This document shows, piece by piece, positions 1-9,568 of a DNA stretch of 54,317 bases (position 1 is the first letter of the stretch; each line of letters begins with the position of its first letter). Made by a program: the position numbers and the translations under genes. The DNA lies in assembly GCA_031370565.1 (NCBI GenBank), contig JANMQO010000043.1:1-54317 (forward strand), given 5' to 3'. A model generated the notes under the pieces. That model saw only the letters and a program-made list of their open reading frames with translations. It had not been told where the DNA came from and searched no databases. Origin of the DNA: Chloroflexota bacterium (lineage in GTDB: Bacteria > Chloroflexota > Limnocylindria > Limnocylindrales > CSP1-4).

Positions 1-294
1 ATGTACGGAACGATCGCCAGGATCCGACCCAGGGGCGGCGACACGGCGGCACTGCGAACCCTGCTCGACGAGTGGAACCAGCAACGACGACCCGAGGTAC
101 CGGGTGCGCACGAGGGCTACCTGTTCGTCCCGGATGCAGCCGGGCCGATCGCTTTTCTCATCGCCATCTTCGACGACGCCGCCACGTACCGAGCGAACGC
201 CGAGACCCCGGCTCAGCACGCCTGGTACCTCCGTCTGCGCGAGCAACTCGACGCGGATCCGGACTGGATGGACGGGACGTTCACGCCCGCCTGA
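1..294 (+). CDS. Small ABM-like (antibiotic-biosynthesis-monooxygenase / ferredoxin-fold) domain protein; may be truncated at the window edge
   Basis: 97-aa ORF with strong G/C third-position bias. Size and sequence pattern resemble ABM-fold proteins. Weak recall-based call. Confidence 0.4.
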   Translation: MYGTIARIRPRGGDTAALRTLLDEWNQQRRPEVPGAHEGYLFVPDAAGPIAFLIAIFDDAATYRANAETPAQHAWYLRLREQLDADPDWMDGTFTPA

Positions 295-331
295 CGCCTG
301 GCCGCCGACCGACCGCAAGAAGTCGCCCGGT

Positions 332-1018
332 TCAGGCCAGCCGGCTGCCGATCAACGGGTGCGGTCGCGCCGGGACATCCGGCAGCGCGTGGCGCACGGC
401 GTCGCGCGGAACGGCTAGGATCGGCTCGATGACCGCCCGGAGTCGCCGCTCGGCCGTGGCCCGGCGGTAGCCGTCGCCCTCCTCGATGCGCATGAGCAGG
501 ATCCCGTCGAACAGGGCGGAGATGCCGAAGGCCAGCCCCTCGACGTCCATCCAGGTGGGCAGCGCACCGGCGGTCACGCCCTCCTGGATGAGGATCTGGC
601 CGACCGTGGCGATCTGCTCGCGACGGCGGATGAGCATCTCCCGGACCACCGGCGCGTTGTCCGCGCCCGCCCAGGCCTGGACCAGGAAGCGGGCGATGCC
701 CGGCGATTCGCCCACGTCATCGACGCCGTCGAGAAAATAGCCGACCGAGATGGCGATCCGATCGACCAGGGTCCGGCCAGCCACCAGGCGCGTCCCCAGC
801 TCCCCGATCCCCTGCCCTGTGGACAGGTCGCAGCCGGCCAGGAACAGCTCGTCCTTGCTCTTGAAGTACGTGTAGATGGCACCGACCGACAGTCCGCTCT
901 CACGCACGATGTCCTGCATCGTGGCCCGGTAAAAACCCTTGTCGGCAAAGACGCCGAGTGCCGCCTGGACGATCCGATCCTTGATCTCCAACTCGTGGGC
1001 GGCGGAAACACGCGGCAT
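332..1018 (-). CDS. TetR family transcriptional regulator
   Basis: N-terminal TetR helix-turn-helix (RATMQDIVRESGLSVGAIYTYFKSKDELF). Divergent from the MMPL transporter gene. Confidence 0.9.
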   Translation of the reverse strand: MPRVSAAHELEIKDRIVQAALGVFADKGFYRATMQDIVRESGLSVGAIYTYFKSKDELFLAGCDLSTGQGIGELGTRLVAGRTLVDRIAISVGYFLDGVDDVGESPGIARFLVQAWAGADNAPVVREMLIRRREQIATVGQILIQEGVTAGALPTWMDVEGLAFGISALFDGILLMRIEEGDGYRRATAERRLRAVIEPILAVPRDAVRHALPDVPARPHPLIGSRLA

Positions 1019-1122
1019 AGCGGCGGTACAGACCTCACTAAAACGAACGCTCGCTCACCGATCATAGACCCGCACTCACGCGAGCGCAACTCCTGAGTTG
1101 CACCAATAGGTCCACGCACCGC

Positions 1123-1152
1123 TTGACAAAACGAATGTTCCTTCTCTACTGT
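1123..1152 (+). promoter_or_regulatory. Putative sigma-70-type promoter of the MMPL gene, with candidate TetR operator repeats
   Basis: TTGACA (1123-1128), 18-nt spacer, TACTGT (1147-1152), about 65 nt upstream of the ATG at 1217. Two 13-nt direct repeats AAAACGAA[CT]G[CT]TC lie at 1040-1052 and 1128-1140; the second overlaps the -35 element. Confidence 0.3.
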
Positions 1153-1216
1153 CCGTGGCACCGCCGCCGCCGAGACGGTTCGTCCCGGCCCTTCGTCCGT
1201 ACAGGAGACCCGCCCG

Positions 1217-3559
1217 ATGTTCAGCCGCTGGGGAGCGTTCGTGTACCGCTTCCGCCGCCCCGTCGCCCTCCTGTCCATCGCGGTCGCGGTGGCCCTGTCG
1301 GTCTTTGCCGCGCAGGTATCGAGCTATCTCAGTTCGGGCGGCTGGCTGGACACGTCGTCCGAGTCGGCCCACGTGTCGGACGTGCTGGCCAGCAAGTTCG
1401 GCGCAGGGCGGAGCAGCCTGCTCGTCCTGTTCACGTCGACCGTGGCGAACGACGCGACCTCCCCCGACTACCAGTCGGCGATCGCGGCCAGCCTGGCCAA
1501 GCTCCGGCTGGATGCCAGGGTGACCGGCATCGTCGGCTTCGCCGAGACCGGCGACCGACGCTTCATCAGCTCTGCCGGCACCAAGGCTTACGTCGTCGTC
1601 CAGCTGGCGGCCACGGATGAGGGCTCGGTCGACCTGGTCGAGCCGCTCCGGGCGGAGATCGTGCCCGTGCCGGGCTACGCCGTCCAGCTGACCGGCTACG
1701 GGCCCCTGACCAAGGGATCGGCGGACCTGTCCGAGAAGGACCTGGCCCGAGCCGAGACGGTGTCCCTGCCGATTGTCGCGCTCGTCCTGCTGCTCGTGTT
1801 CGCCTCCGTGGTGGCAGCAGGCATCCCGTTGCTCATCGCGGGTCTGGCCATCCCGACCACCCTCGGGCTCATCTACTTCGTCAGCCAGGTCGTGCAGATG
1901 AGCATCTACGTCGAGAACATCGCGACGATGCTCGGACTGGCCCTGTCGATCGACTACTCGCTCTTCGTCGTGAGTCGCTTCCGCGAAGAACTGGCCCGCG
2001 GCCGAACCGTCGGCCAGGCGGTCGAGAAGGCGGTCGCCACGAGCGGCAAGGCGGTCGCCTTCTCCGGGTTCGCGGTAGCCATCGGCCTGTCCGGATTGCT
2101 CCTGTTCAAGGCGACCGCGATCAGCTCGATCGGTGTCGCCGGAATCCTCGTCGTATCGAGCACCCTGTTCTTCGCCCTGACCTTCCTGCCCGCCATGCTG
2201 GGCATGCTCGGACACCGGGTGAACGCGCTGAGCGTCGGCGGCCTGCTCGGGCGCGTCGGCCTGCGGCGGGCACCGTCCAGCGGCGGCGGTGTCTGGGCAC
2301 GGGTAGCCCAGGCGGTCATGCGCCGCCCGCTGTTCGTCCTTGGGCCGGTACTGCTGCTCCTGTTCATCGTGGGCTCGCCGTTCTTCCGGCTCGTCCAGGG
2401 TGTGCCGGACGCCTCGATCTACCCAGCCGGCCTGGAGAGTCGCGACGCCTACGTCACCATCCAGCGCGAGTTCCCAGCCGGCGAGACCAACCCCATCGTC
2501 GTGCTCGCCACGGTGAGCGGCGATCCGACCAGCCCGGCCAACGCACTGGCCCTGGCCCGATATGCCGACTCGCTTGCGGCGGTCCGGGGCATCGACCATG
2601 TCGAGAGCGCCTACTCCCTGACCGATACCACGACAGGCGCCCGGCTGACGCCGGAGCAGGTCGCCGCGTTGTATGCGCTGCCGGCCGCCCAGCGCCCAAC
2701 CCAGATGGCGGCCGGGATCGCCGCGCTGCAGCAGGCCTACGTCCGGGGCGAGATCGTCCGCTTCGACGCCGTGAGCCCGCTCGATCCAGCCCGACCAGAG
2801 GCAACCAGCGTCACCCCGGTCATCCGGGGCCTGTCCGCCGGCTCCGGGATCACGACCATGGTCGGTGGCATCTCCGCAACCGGCTGGGACTTTCTGCAGT
2901 CCCAGGCGGACCGGATGCCGTACGCGATCGGGCTCACCCTCGTCGCCAGCGCGCTCGTGCTGTTCCTCCTGTTCGGCTCGATCGCCATCCCGATCAAGGC
3001 CGTGATCATGACCCTGCTGTCGATCAGCGCCAGCTTCGGAGCGTTGGTCTGGATCTTCCAGGACGGCAACTTGAGTGGCATCCTGCACTTCACCCCCGTG
3101 GGCTACACCATCGCAGGCAACCCGATCATCATGTTCAGCGTGATCTTCGGGCTGTCGATGGACTATGAGGTGCTGCTCCTGTCCCGGATCCAGGAGGCGT
3201 ACCGGCGAACGGGCGACAACACCAAGGCGGTCGCCGAGGGACTCGCCCGCACGGCCGGCGTCATCACCGGGGCGGCCCTGATCATGGTCAGCGTGTTCGC
3301 CGCGTTCGCCCTGGCCGACATCATCACGATCAAGAGCATCGGGGTGGGCATGGCCATCGCCGTGCTGCTCGACGCGACGATCATCCGGGTGCTGCTTGTC
3401 CCGGCCACGATGCGTCTGCTCGGCCGCTGGAACTGGTGGGCGCCCGGGCCCCTCCGGCGCCTGGCCGACCGTCTCGGCTTCGACCACGTCGAGGATGCCG
3501 ATGGGGAGGACGGGCAGCGAGCCGACGACAGACCGGGCTTCGAGCCGAGCGCGAGCTGA
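1217..3559 (+). CDS. MMPL family (RND superfamily) membrane transporter
   Basis: 780-aa ORF with two blocks of multiple TM helices separated by soluble loops. MmpL-like N-terminus (MFSRWGAFVYRFRRPVALLSIAV) and C-terminal RLLGRWNWWAP motif. Paired with a divergent TetR gene. Confidence 0.9.
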   Translation: MFSRWGAFVYRFRRPVALLSIAVAVALSVFAAQVSSYLSSGGWLDTSSESAHVSDVLASKFGAGRSSLLVLFTSTVANDATSPDYQSAIAASLAKLRLDARVTGIVGFAETGDRRFISSAGTKAYVVVQLAATDEGSVDLVEPLRAEIVPVPGYAVQLTGYGPLTKGSADLSEKDLARAETVSLPIVALVLLLVFASVVAAGIPLLIAGLAIPTTLGLIYFVSQVVQMSIYVENIATMLGLALSIDYSLFVVSRFREELARGRTVGQAVEKAVATSGKAVAFSGFAVAIGLSGLLLFKATAISSIGVAGILVVSSTLFFALTFLPAMLGMLGHRVNALSVGGLLGRVGLRRAPSSGGGVWARVAQAVMRRPLFVLGPVLLLLFIVGSPFFRLVQGVPDASIYPAGLESRDAYVTIQREFPAGETNPIVVLATVSGDPTSPANALALARYADSLAAVRGIDHVESAYSLTDTTTGARLTPEQVAALYALPAAQRPTQMAAGIAALQQAYVRGEIVRFDAVSPLDPARPEATSVTPVIRGLSAGSGITTMVGGISATGWDFLQSQADRMPYAIGLTLVASALVLFLLFGSIAIPIKAVIMTLLSISASFGALVWIFQDGNLSGILHFTPVGYTIAGNPIIMFSVIFGLSMDYEVLLLSRIQEAYRRTGDNTKAVAEGLARTAGVITGAALIMVSVFAAFALADIITIKSIGVGMAIAVLLDATIIRVLLVPATMRLLGRWNWWAPGPLRRLADRLGFDHVEDADGEDGQRADDRPGFEPSAS

Positions 3560-3568
3560 GGAAACCGC

Positions 3569-4666
3569 TCAGGCGCTGAGCAGGGCGCTCGCCTGTTCAA
3601 GCCGTGGCGGCGACGATGTCGGAGGCGGGCTGGAGAGCATGGGCACGAGCGTCGACCGCGCGCCGTGCAGTCCGGCGGCACTGCCGACTCCAACCAGCGC
3701 GTGGCGGACGGCGGCCGGGAAGATCTCGACGATGGTCGGATCGAACTGGCTGCCGGCATTCCGAGTGAGCTCGGCCCAGGCCTCGTCGTCGGGCAGGGCG
3801 CGGCGATAGACGCGGTCCGTGGTCATCGCACTGAAGGCGTCGGCCACCGCGATGATCCGGGCGCCGATCGGGATCTCTCGTCCGGCCAGGCCGCTCGGAT
3901 AGCCCCGTCCGTCCCAGCGCTCGTGGTGCAGTCGGACAATCGCGGCGATGGCGGCCATCTCTTCGTGGGCCGACAGGATCCCCGCCCCGATCTCCGCGTG
4001 GCGCTTCATCTCCGCAAACTCTTCGACCGAGAGCGGTCCAGGCTTGAGCAGGATGGCGTCGGCAATCCCGATTTTGCCCACATCGTGGAGGTAGCCGCCG
4101 ATCCGGATCGTCGTTCGAGTGGGTTCGTCGAGGCCAAGCAGCTCGGCGGTCGCCTCGCCGAGACGACCAAGTTGCCGGCAGTGCGAACCCGTTTCGAGAT
4201 GTCGCGCCTCGATCGCAGCGCTGAGGGCCAGCGTGACTCCATCGAGGATCGGGGTGACGAAGCGATACTGGAGCGCGTCTGAGCGGATTCGGGCCGCCTC
4301 CAGGACGGACCGCACTTCAGCTACGAACTCCTGGCCCGTGAACGGCTTGACGATCATCCCTGAACCACCCTCGCGCAGGGCGCGGATCGCCGTGTCAAGG
4401 CTGCCCTGTCCCGTGACGACAACGACCGGCACGTGCAAATCGCGCATCCGGATCTCGCGCAGCAACGCCAGGCCATCCATGTCGGGCATGCGCACGTCGG
4501 TCAGGACCAGGTCGATCCGGCCTTCGTCAAAGCGTTCCAGTCCAGCCCGCGCCGTGGTGACCGGGACCACGTCAAGGCCGATCCCCTCGAGTAGTCGGAT
4601 CATGAGCCGAAGCGTCGTCGGCTCGTCGTCGACGCACAGCACGCGGGGGCGCACGACAGAGGCCAT
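3569..4666 (-). CDS. Response regulator with HD-GYP output domain (RpfG-like c-di-GMP phosphodiesterase)
   Basis: Receiver domain (VLCVDDE..DLVLTDVRMPDMDG..KPF) followed by HD-GYP (HDVGK..HHERWDGRGYP). Start is uncertain: ATG at 4666 (MASVV) is preferred, and ATG at 4726 is also possible. Confidence 0.85.
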   Translation of the reverse strand: MASVVRPRVLCVDDEPTTLRLMIRLLEGIGLDVVPVTTARAGLERFDEGRIDLVLTDVRMPDMDGLALLREIRMRDLHVPVVVVTGQGSLDTAIRALREGGSGMIVKPFTGQEFVAEVRSVLEAARIRSDALQYRFVTPILDGVTLALSAAIEARHLETGSHCRQLGRLGEATAELLGLDEPTRTTIRIGGYLHDVGKIGIADAILLKPGPLSVEEFAEMKRHAEIGAGILSAHEEMAAIAAIVRLHHERWDGRGYPSGLAGREIPIGARIIAVADAFSAMTTDRVYRRALPDDEAWAELTRNAGSQFDPTIVEIFPAAVRHALVGVGSAAGLHGARSTLVPMLSSPPPTSSPPRLEQASALLSA

Positions 4667-4814
4667 GGGCCGGTGCCGGAGCGGCTCACCCGCTGGCCTG
4701 CCATGCGCCGCGTCAAGATGGATCATGGCGCGCAGCGTACCCGAGACCTTCAGCGCTCCGCATCACCCATTTGGGGGGATCGCGATGCGGCAGGCTTCGT
4801 AGATTGTTCGTCCA

Positions 4815-6257
4815 TCAGCTGGTCGCGGCGAGGCCGGCCGGCAGCGCCGGCAGCGTCGCGAGGGCCGTGTCGAGCGCCGTCCGGAGACCAGTGGCGATCT
4901 GGCCAAGCTCGGCATCGGTCACGACGAACGGCGGGCCGAGCAGCACGATCTCGCCGTTGGCACCATCTGCACAACCCGTGCCCGAATAGATCAGCAGCCC
5001 GTTGGCGCGAGCGGCCTGCACGACCCCCTCGACAAGGCGCGCGCTGCGTGGAAACGGCACACGGCTGGCATGATCCGCCACCAGCTCGAGACCAACCAGC
5101 AGACCGAGCCCGCGGATCTCACCGACGTGCGGGTGATCGCCGAGTGTCCGCCGGAGCAGATCCTGGAGTCGCTGGCCCTTGGTCTGGCTGGCCGCCACCA
5201 GATCTTCCACCTGGAGGAGCCGCAGGACCTCTCGGGCGACCGCCGCGCCAACGGCATGGTGGCTGTAGGTGAAGCCGTGCACGAAGCCACCGGATGGGCC
5301 GGTCACGGTCCGGTAGACCTCGTCCGAGGCGGCCACCAACCCGAACGGCCAGTAGCCGGAGGTCACCCCCTTGGCTGCCACCAGCAGGTCCGGCCGAACG
5401 CCCCAGTGATCCAGCCCGAACCAACGGCCGGTCCGGCCGAAGCCGGTCATCACCTCGTCGGCGATGAGCAGCACACCGTGCCGGCGGCAGACGTCGGCGA
5501 TGGCCGGCCAGTACCCGTCGGGCGGTACCACCGCACCAAGGGTCGCTCCGACGACCGGTTCCGCGACAAAGGCGGCCACCGTGCCCGGACCGGCGGACTC
5601 GATCGCCCGATCGAGCTCCGAGGCGAGTTCGTCGGCTGTCGCGAGCGCGTTCGCACCGGGCTCGCCGGCCCGATAGGGGTACGCCGCCGAGACGTGGCGG
5701 AACCGACCCAACCAGCCCTCGTAGGGCCGGCGCAGCGGCCGACGACCGGACAGGTCGAGTGCGCCGAGCGTGTTGCCGTGATAGCTCCCCCAGCGACTGA
5801 AGACCAGCCAGCGCTCGCTCTCGCCGCGTGCCAGGTGATACGCCCGGGCGAGCTTGAGCGCCGTCTCAATCGCCTCCGACCCGCCCGATACCGGGTAGAT
5901 GGCCGGATCGTCCAGCGGCAGGTACGGCCCCAGTTCAGCCGCGTAGGCCTCGAGTGCCTCGCTGCTGAACGCGCTGCCGTGGGCGTACGCCACCCGGGCC
6001 GCCTGCTCGGCCATCGCCCGAGCCACCGTCTCTCGGCCGTGGCCGACGTTGACGACGATTGCGCCCCCGGCGGCATCCAGGTAAGGACGTCCGGTGGCGT
6101 CCCAGATGGTCGACCCCTCGGCCCGCACGGCGAGCGGCGGGGCGGGATCGAGCGATCGGCGGAAGACACGTCCGGGCACGAGCGGATTGTAGGCCGACAG
6201 ACCGGCGCTGGGTCGGTCGCGGCCGGTCGCGAGCCGGCTGGAGCCCGTCCCGGACAC
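4815..6257 (-). CDS. Class-III (omega) pyridoxal-phosphate aminotransferase
   Basis: Aminotransferase class III pattern (DAAGGAIVVNVGHGR ... LLIADEVMTGFGRTG ... KGVTSGY). The ORF is open up to 6377, which overlaps the upstream gene, so GTG at 6257 was chosen as the start. Start is uncertain. Confidence 0.8.
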   Translation of the reverse strand: MSGTGSSRLATGRDRPSAGLSAYNPLVPGRVFRRSLDPAPPLAVRAEGSTIWDATGRPYLDAAGGAIVVNVGHGRETVARAMAEQAARVAYAHGSAFSSEALEAYAAELGPYLPLDDPAIYPVSGGSEAIETALKLARAYHLARGESERWLVFSRWGSYHGNTLGALDLSGRRPLRRPYEGWLGRFRHVSAAYPYRAGEPGANALATADELASELDRAIESAGPGTVAAFVAEPVVGATLGAVVPPDGYWPAIADVCRRHGVLLIADEVMTGFGRTGRWFGLDHWGVRPDLLVAAKGVTSGYWPFGLVAASDEVYRTVTGPSGGFVHGFTYSHHAVGAAVAREVLRLLQVEDLVAASQTKGQRLQDLLRRTLGDHPHVGEIRGLGLLVGLELVADHASRVPFPRSARLVEGVVQAARANGLLIYSGTGCADGANGEIVLLGPPFVVTDAELGQIATGLRTALDTALATLPALPAGLAATS

Positions 6258-6310
6258 GACCCGGGCACGGCCTCCCACGGTCGAACCCGACCCGACCCTC
6301 GACGGCCGCC

Positions 6311-7468
6311 CTAGATGCGACCCTTCGGGACCGTGTGCCAGTAGGTCTTGTTGAACACGATCTTGCCCAAGTGCCACATCCTGTTCGGCTTGGGCGGCTT
6401 GGGCGGATGGTCGTAGTCGAACTGGAGCAACGTCCCCTTGCCATCGCCGATCTCGAAGAAGCAGACCACCTTGCCTGTATAGTCGACATGCTTGCCGGCG
6501 GGGGCGCGGCCCTTGATCGCGGCGACAATACGCTCGGCCACCACAGGCGCCTCGAAATGCGCGGTCGAGCCGGCCTTCGACAGCGGCAGGTCGGTGGCGT
6601 CGCCGAGCGCGTACACATTCGGGCGTCCACCCACCTGGAGGGTATGGCGGTCGGTCGGCAGCCAGCCACCCGGCGCTGGAGCAAGCCCCGAGTCGATGAG
6701 GAACTGCTGGCCCTTGTGGGGCGGGACGAGGATGAGCAGGTCGTAGCCGAGCTCTTCGCCCTCGAGGCTCAGGATCGTCTTCGCGACCGGGTCGATCGAC
6801 TCGACGTTGAAGAACGTGTGCAGCTCGATCCCCTTGTCCGCCAGGATTGGGGTGGCCATCTCGCTGACTGACTCAATCGTGAACGCCCGCCCGATGGGTG
6901 AGCAGAAGTGGAGCTCGGCCTTCTCGCGCAGCCCGCGCTCGCGGAGCTCGGCCTCGATGAGGAAGGCGACCTCGAGCGGCGCCGGCGGGCACTTGTAGGG
7001 CATCCCGGCGATGCCGATGACGATCCTGCCCCCGCGGAACGCGTCGAGCGCGCTGCGGAGTCTGGCTGCCGCCGCGGCCGTGTAGAAGTGGTTGGCCTCC
7101 GTGTCGAAGTGCGCGATCGCCTCAGGCACGATCCGCGCGCCCGTGGCCAGGACCAGCTCGTCGTACGGCAGCTCCACCCCGTCCTTGAGGGCGACGACCC
7201 GCCGCTCTTCGTCGACGCGGGCGACCTCGCCGACGACGAGGTGGACCCGCTGGTCGAGCAGCGAGCGCTCGGGGCGCTCGAGGTTGGCGGCTCGCTCACC
7301 GCCCCTCGCGATGTACATGAACCCGGGCTGGTAGACGTGCGTCCCGGTCTGGTCGACGACGGTGACTTCGACCTTGCCGTCGTCGATCCGCTGCTTGAGC
7401 TGCCTGGAAACCAGGTTCGCCGTGAGGGTTCCGCCGACGCCGCCGCCGAGAATGAGGATCCGCTTCAT
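6311..7468 (-). CDS. sqr: Sulfide:quinone oxidoreductase-like FAD-dependent oxidoreductase
   Basis: N-terminal MKRILILGGGVGG Rossmann motif. PYKCPPAP cysteine motif equivalent to the IKC(A/G)GAP motif of SQR-family flavoproteins, plus a second Cys in VVCFFEIG. Start lies 4 nt after the tusA-like stop. Confidence 0.75.
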   Translation of the reverse strand: MKRILILGGGVGGTLTANLVSRQLKQRIDDGKVEVTVVDQTGTHVYQPGFMYIARGGERAANLERPERSLLDQRVHLVVGEVARVDEERRVVALKDGVELPYDELVLATGARIVPEAIAHFDTEANHFYTAAAAARLRSALDAFRGGRIVIGIAGMPYKCPPAPLEVAFLIEAELRERGLREKAELHFCSPIGRAFTIESVSEMATPILADKGIELHTFFNVESIDPVAKTILSLEGEELGYDLLILVPPHKGQQFLIDSGLAPAPGGWLPTDRHTLQVGGRPNVYALGDATDLPLSKAGSTAHFEAPVVAERIVAAIKGRAPAGKHVDYTGKVVCFFEIGDGKGTLLQFDYDHPPKPPKPNRMWHLGKIVFNKTYWHTVPKGRI

Positions 7469-7472
7469 CCAG

Positions 7473-7724
7473 CTACCGGACCTTTTCGACGATGATCTCG
7501 TCGAAGCCGTCGCGAGTCTCGAGCGAGATGAGCCGATGGCCCGCCTTCTCGATCCACTTCGGGATGTCCGTCCGGCTGCCCTTGTCCGACGAGTAGACAC
7601 TCAGGATGTCGCCGACCTGCGTCTCGCGGATGGCACGGATAAGCTCCATGAGCGGGCCGGGGCAGAAACTGCCGCGGGCGTCGATCGTGCGGGTGATCGT
7701 CGGACTGTTGGTGGTCCCGGTCAT
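7473..7724 (-). CDS. tusA: TusA/SirA-like sulfurtransferase
   Basis: 83 aa with the conserved Cys-Pro-x-Pro motif (ARGSFCPGPLMEL). Confidence 0.8.
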   Translation of the reverse strand: MTGTTNSPTITRTIDARGSFCPGPLMELIRAIRETQVGDILSVYSSDKGSRTDIPKWIEKAGHRLISLETRDGFDEIIVEKVR

Positions 7725-7757
7725 CGTGGGTTCCTGCCTCTGCTGTGAATGGATGGA

Positions 7758-8309
7758 TCAGATGAAGAGCGGGGTTGAGCCCTCGCTCATGAGTCCGATG
7801 ACAGTAGCCGCCCCGGCCGGCTCGCCCATGCCCTCGATCATGTCCTCGGGCTTGAGGCCGAACATGTCCATCGTCATCTGGCACGGGATGAACTCGACGC
7901 CCATGAGCAAGGCGGCCTCGAGCAGTTCCTTCGGGCTCGCGACGTTGTACTGCCCGGCGAGCCTGCGCATCATCCAGGGGCCCATGCCCAGGAAGTTCAT
8001 CGTCGACAGCTTGCGATGGCTCACGCCCGGCCGCTGCATCGCCGACATCAGCTTCTGCATCCAGTTCCGGCCGGTGATCCGCTTGTCGTCCTTGACGAAG
8101 CCCTGCAGGCCCCAGAACGTGACGAAGACCCGGGTCTTGACGCCCATCGCGGCGCTCGCCGAGGCGAGGATCATCGTCGCCCAGACCTTCTCGAGCTCAC
8201 CGCTGTAGTTGATGATGAGGATGTCCTTCAGCTTGACTTCGGCCGCGGGCTCGAGGCCGGGCACAATGGCGGGCGCCTCCATCGGTGGCGCCTGGGTGGC
8301 GGTCATCAT
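7758..8309 (-). CDS. DsrE/DsrF-like sulfur-relay family protein
   Basis: DsrE-fold pattern (ILIINYSGELEKVWATMILASASAAMG ... FIPCQMTMDMFGL ending ..PLFI). Start set at MMTATQ (8309), 9 nt after the upstream tusA-like stop. Confidence 0.7.
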   Translation of the reverse strand: MMTATQAPPMEAPAIVPGLEPAAEVKLKDILIINYSGELEKVWATMILASASAAMGVKTRVFVTFWGLQGFVKDDKRITGRNWMQKLMSAMQRPGVSHRKLSTMNFLGMGPWMMRRLAGQYNVASPKELLEAALLMGVEFIPCQMTMDMFGLKPEDMIEGMGEPAGAATVIGLMSEGSTPLFI

Positions 8310-8317
8310 GGCTGGTC

Positions 8318-8569
8318 TCACTTTCGACGGATGACGAAGCGGTAGACGGCGCCGCTGGATGACTGGTCCACGAGCTCGTTGCCGGTGGACCGGCACCATG
8401 CCGCGAAGTCCTTGACGGAGCCGCCGTCGGTGGCCAGGACCTCCAGGATGGCGCCCGGCGACAGTGCCTTGATGGCCTGGGCCGTCTTCACGATCGGCAT
8501 CGGGCACGACAGGCCCTTGGCGTCCACGGTCTGGGTGATCTCGACCACTGCCATGACTGGCTCCTTCAC
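8318..8569 (-). CDS. tusA: TusA/SirA-like sulfurtransferase (second copy)
   Basis: 83 aa with DAKGLSCPMPIVK Cys-Pro-x-Pro motif. ATG at 8554 is an alternative start. Confidence 0.8.
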   Translation of the reverse strand: MKEPVMAVVEITQTVDAKGLSCPMPIVKTAQAIKALSPGAILEVLATDGGSVKDFAAWCRSTGNELVDQSSSGAVYRFVIRRK

Positions 8570-8583
8570 GTATCTGCGCTGGC

Positions 8584-8997
8584 TTAGATGAAGACGACCT
8601 GGCCTTCGCCGGCGTTCAGGTAGAACGCGGTCACGCCCTCGACGCCATCGACGAGCGGGTCGAGGTCGGTCGGCTCGAGGCCGAGCAGGTCCATGGACAG
8701 GGAGCAGGCCTGGATCTCAACGCCGCCAAGCTCCTTGGCCATGCGCAGGGTGTCCGCCCAGCTGGCCTGACCGGCTGCCCGGAGCGCATCGACGTGGGCC
8801 CGGCCTTCGGTGCCCGCTTCAGCCGCCAGTCCATGGTCCTGGTCGATCCGGTCGGCGCGGAAGGCATCGAGCGCCCAGTACTGCAGGAAGACGTTGACCG
8901 GCTTGCCCAGCGCCGCGGCGCCGGCGGTCAGGATCGAGGCCGCCTGCAACCGGTCGTCGGTCCCGGAGAAGAGCACGAGGTTGAGCGATTCGTCCAT
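8584..8997 (-). CDS. DsrE/DsrF-like sulfur-relay family protein (short form)
   Basis: 137 aa (MDESLNLVLFSGTDDRLQAASILTAGAAALG ... IQACSLSMDLLGL ... VVFI). Start ATG at 8997 was verified in the sequence. Confidence 0.7.
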   Translation of the reverse strand: MDESLNLVLFSGTDDRLQAASILTAGAAALGKPVNVFLQYWALDAFRADRIDQDHGLAAEAGTEGRAHVDALRAAGQASWADTLRMAKELGGVEIQACSLSMDLLGLEPTDLDPLVDGVEGVTAFYLNAGEGQVVFI

Positions 8998-9007
8998 GGT
9001 TGATACC

Positions 9008-9433
9008 TCAGTGGTGGGCGATGAGCAAACGTGTAGGGTCCGTCGCGACAGGCGCCGGCGGCGGAGCGGCGGCGGCGGCGCGGGCCGCAGTCGTGGGCGC
9101 ATCCGAGACGTCCGGTGACGCATCGGCTTCGGACAGGTCGGCAAGCCGGCGCAGCCGGCGCAGCAGCACGCCGCGCATGATCGAGCAGGCGAGCAGGACC
9201 TCGTCGTCGGCCAGACGGTAGTGCACCTCCCGGCCAACCCGTTCCGAGTTCACCACGCCGGCCGCTCGGAGCACGGCCAGATGCTGGCTCACGTTCGGCT
9301 GGCTGCAGCCGAGTTCGCGGGCCAGACGACCGACGTCCCACGCCTCAGCGGCAAGCCGGTGCACGATCTCCAGGCGGCGCGGACTGGCGAGCGCCTTGAG
9401 CGTCTCCGCCTGCAGTCGATCGATCTCGTCCAT
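9008..9433 (-). CDS. ArsR/SmtB family transcriptional regulator, first gene of the sulfur operon
   Basis: Winged HTH (LKALASPRRLEIVHRL...LARELGCSQPNVSQHLAVLRAAGVV..R.GREVHYRL). Start MDEIDRL at 9433; ATG at 9460 is also possible. Ala/Pro-rich C-terminal tail. Confidence 0.85.
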   Translation of the reverse strand: MDEIDRLQAETLKALASPRRLEIVHRLAAEAWDVGRLARELGCSQPNVSQHLAVLRAAGVVNSERVGREVHYRLADDEVLLACSIMRGVLLRRLRRLADLSEADASPDVSDAPTTAARAAAAAPPPAPVATDPTRLLIAHH

Positions 9434-9568
9434 GGCATGAGCATCGACCCATGCGCACAATCCGATCAGTGCCAGGCGGCCCGCCGGTGGGGGCCGCCAG
9501 TCACCGATCCGCGGGCCGATTGGTCCCGGCGGCGGCTCAGGGCAGCGTCGTGACCCCCGGTGCCCAGC

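Noticed and set aside
9434-9458. Inverted repeat GCATG-N10-CATGC just upstream of the ArsR start, as its operator.
   Set aside because: The arms are short (5 bp), and the element lies between two alternative start codons. It cannot be distinguished from chance without comparative data.
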